A DNA stretch of 24,000 nt, from contig CAVUZN010000001.1 in assembly GCA_963746035.1 (NCBI GenBank), forward strand, positions 223,509 to 247,508, read 5' to 3'. The DNA comes from an uncultured Verrucomicrobiae bacterium. GTDB lineage: Bacteria; Verrucomicrobiota; Verrucomicrobiia; Chthoniobacterales; UBA10450. The notes beneath the pieces are model-generated. The model was not told the origin of the DNA. It was given only the letters and a program-made list of their open reading frames with translations, and made no database searches. Below are positions 23,376 through 24,000 of the stretch, one piece after another; the first letter of the stretch is position 1, and the number at the start of each line of letters is the position of its first letter. The translations under genes were made by a program, and so were the position numbers.

Positions 23376-24000
23376 ATGGTCTGGGCTTTCCGAACTCCGC
23401 TTCTGCTATCGATTGCCATGCTCACGGCATCCCCGATGCAAGCGGAACAGCGGCAGAATTTAAGCGGATTGCAGATTTTTGATTCAGCGCTGGCGCACTT
23501 CGAAGCCGACCGGACGGCGCTGCACGAGTGGCAATACTACCAGACCCTCACCACCCATCAGCTGGACGCGAACGGTAAAGTTGTGGCGAAAGGGACGTGG
23601 CGCTCGATCGTCCGGCCCGGCGATCCCCGGCCGCTGGAATACGTGAGCAAAAGCGTGGAAGGCAAAATTTCTTTTTTCGAGGCCGGCGGAGAAGAAAAGG
23701 CAGCGGCGCACGAACGAAAAGAGTCCCCCACTGCAGGGAGCAATCCAACGCCGGCCGAGAAAAAGAAAAACGAAACTGAATGGGCCGTTGATGTGGTGAA
23801 GAAATATCACCTGCGCGATCGTTATGACTGGAAGCGTTTACCCGACGGGGTCGCGGTCGGCGAAGACGCCTACGTGATCGCCTTCAGCCCGAAACCGAAT
23901 CAGAGCACGGGCACGCGCGAAGAACGTTTTTTCGCGCACCTGGCCGGCCGCATGTGGGTGAGCAAGCAGGACTTCACCATTCTGCGCGCGGAAGGCAGTC
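23376..24000 (+). CDS. Secreted hypothetical protein, 3'-truncated by the window edge (possibly LolA-like lipoprotein-sorting fold)
   Basis: Not in the ORF track because no stop is reached. I translated it by hand: ATG 23376 gives MVWAFRTPLLLSIAMLTASPMQA|EQRQNLSGLQIFDSALAHFEADR...GRMWVSKQDFTILRAEGS, open for 208 codons with GC3-rich codons. The fold suggestion is a weak impression only. Confidence 0.5.
   Translation, partial: MVWAFRTPLLLSIAMLTASPMQAEQRQNLSGLQIFDSALAHFEADRTALHEWQYYQTLTTHQLDANGKVVAKGTWRSIVRPGDPRPLEYVSKSVEGKISFFEAGGEEKAAAHERKESPTAGSNPTPAEKKKNETEWAVDVVKKYHLRDRYDWKRLPDGVAVGEDAYVIAFSPKPNQSTGTREERFFAHLAGRMWVSKQDFTILRAEGS

Noticed and set aside
1-24000. tRNA, rRNA, tmRNA, riboswitch or transposase/integrase genes
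   Set aside because: Intergenic regions are short (mostly under 180 nt) and showed no cloverleaf-like or known riboswitch consensus that I could recognise by eye. No ORF carries DDE, tyrosine or serine recombinase motifs. A covariance-model scan would be needed to exclude small RNAs.

Overview
GC-rich bacterial chromosomal segment, about 23 protein genes and no rRNA, tRNA or CRISPR that I could recognise. The style (PEP-CTERM-like tail, free-standing four-helix-bundle gene, 'QRFN'-coding short repeats, few Shine-Dalgarno sites) suggests a soil Verrucomicrobiota/PVC-type organism; this is inference only.

Gene content:
- 69-3759 (+): housekeeping genes for a CPBP protease, ComF, AccD and FolC.
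- 3841-8336 (-): metG, a heavy-metal-binding-domain (HMBD) plus Met/His-rich putative outer-membrane protein, acpS and pdxJ.
- 8465-9794 (+): a 62-aa signal-peptide-bearing Cys/Lys-rich peptide with two C-x9-CCC modules, then an ArsS-type radical SAM/Cys-rich-domain enzyme.
- 18099-9826 (-): one long co-directional cluster of OYE flavin reductase, haem-less SUOX-type molybdoenzyme, persulfide dioxygenase-rhodanese fusion, SdhC-like anchor, SdhA, a four-helix-bundle (23S-rRNA-IVS/Avd-family) protein, SdhB and a hypothetical protein.
- 18192-24000: accessory-looking genes for a small secreted protein, a membrane protein with a 4-fold internal repeat, a 521-bp repeat-filled spacer, an operon of secreted histidine phosphatase, YVTN beta-propeller and OM beta-barrel, a PEP-CTERM-like protein, and a 3'-truncated secreted protein.

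No canonical defence, toxin or mobile-element genes are visible. The most unusual features are:
1. The four-helix-bundle gene is wedged between sdhA and sdhB. It is enclosed by a long-range inverted repeat, giving an rRNA-IVS-like architecture inside an mRNA operon.
2. Cargo-less copies of the same GTTRAARCG-based hairpin element sit at the other sdh junctions and donate codons to protein C-termini.
3. The Cys-rich duplicated peptide lies next to the ArsS-like radical SAM enzyme.
4. A persulfide/sulfite oxidation module is translationally coupled to sdhC.
5. A ~258-bp tandem structured repeat lies at 19.5-20.0 kb.

All functional calls rest on motif recognition by eye. No searches were run.
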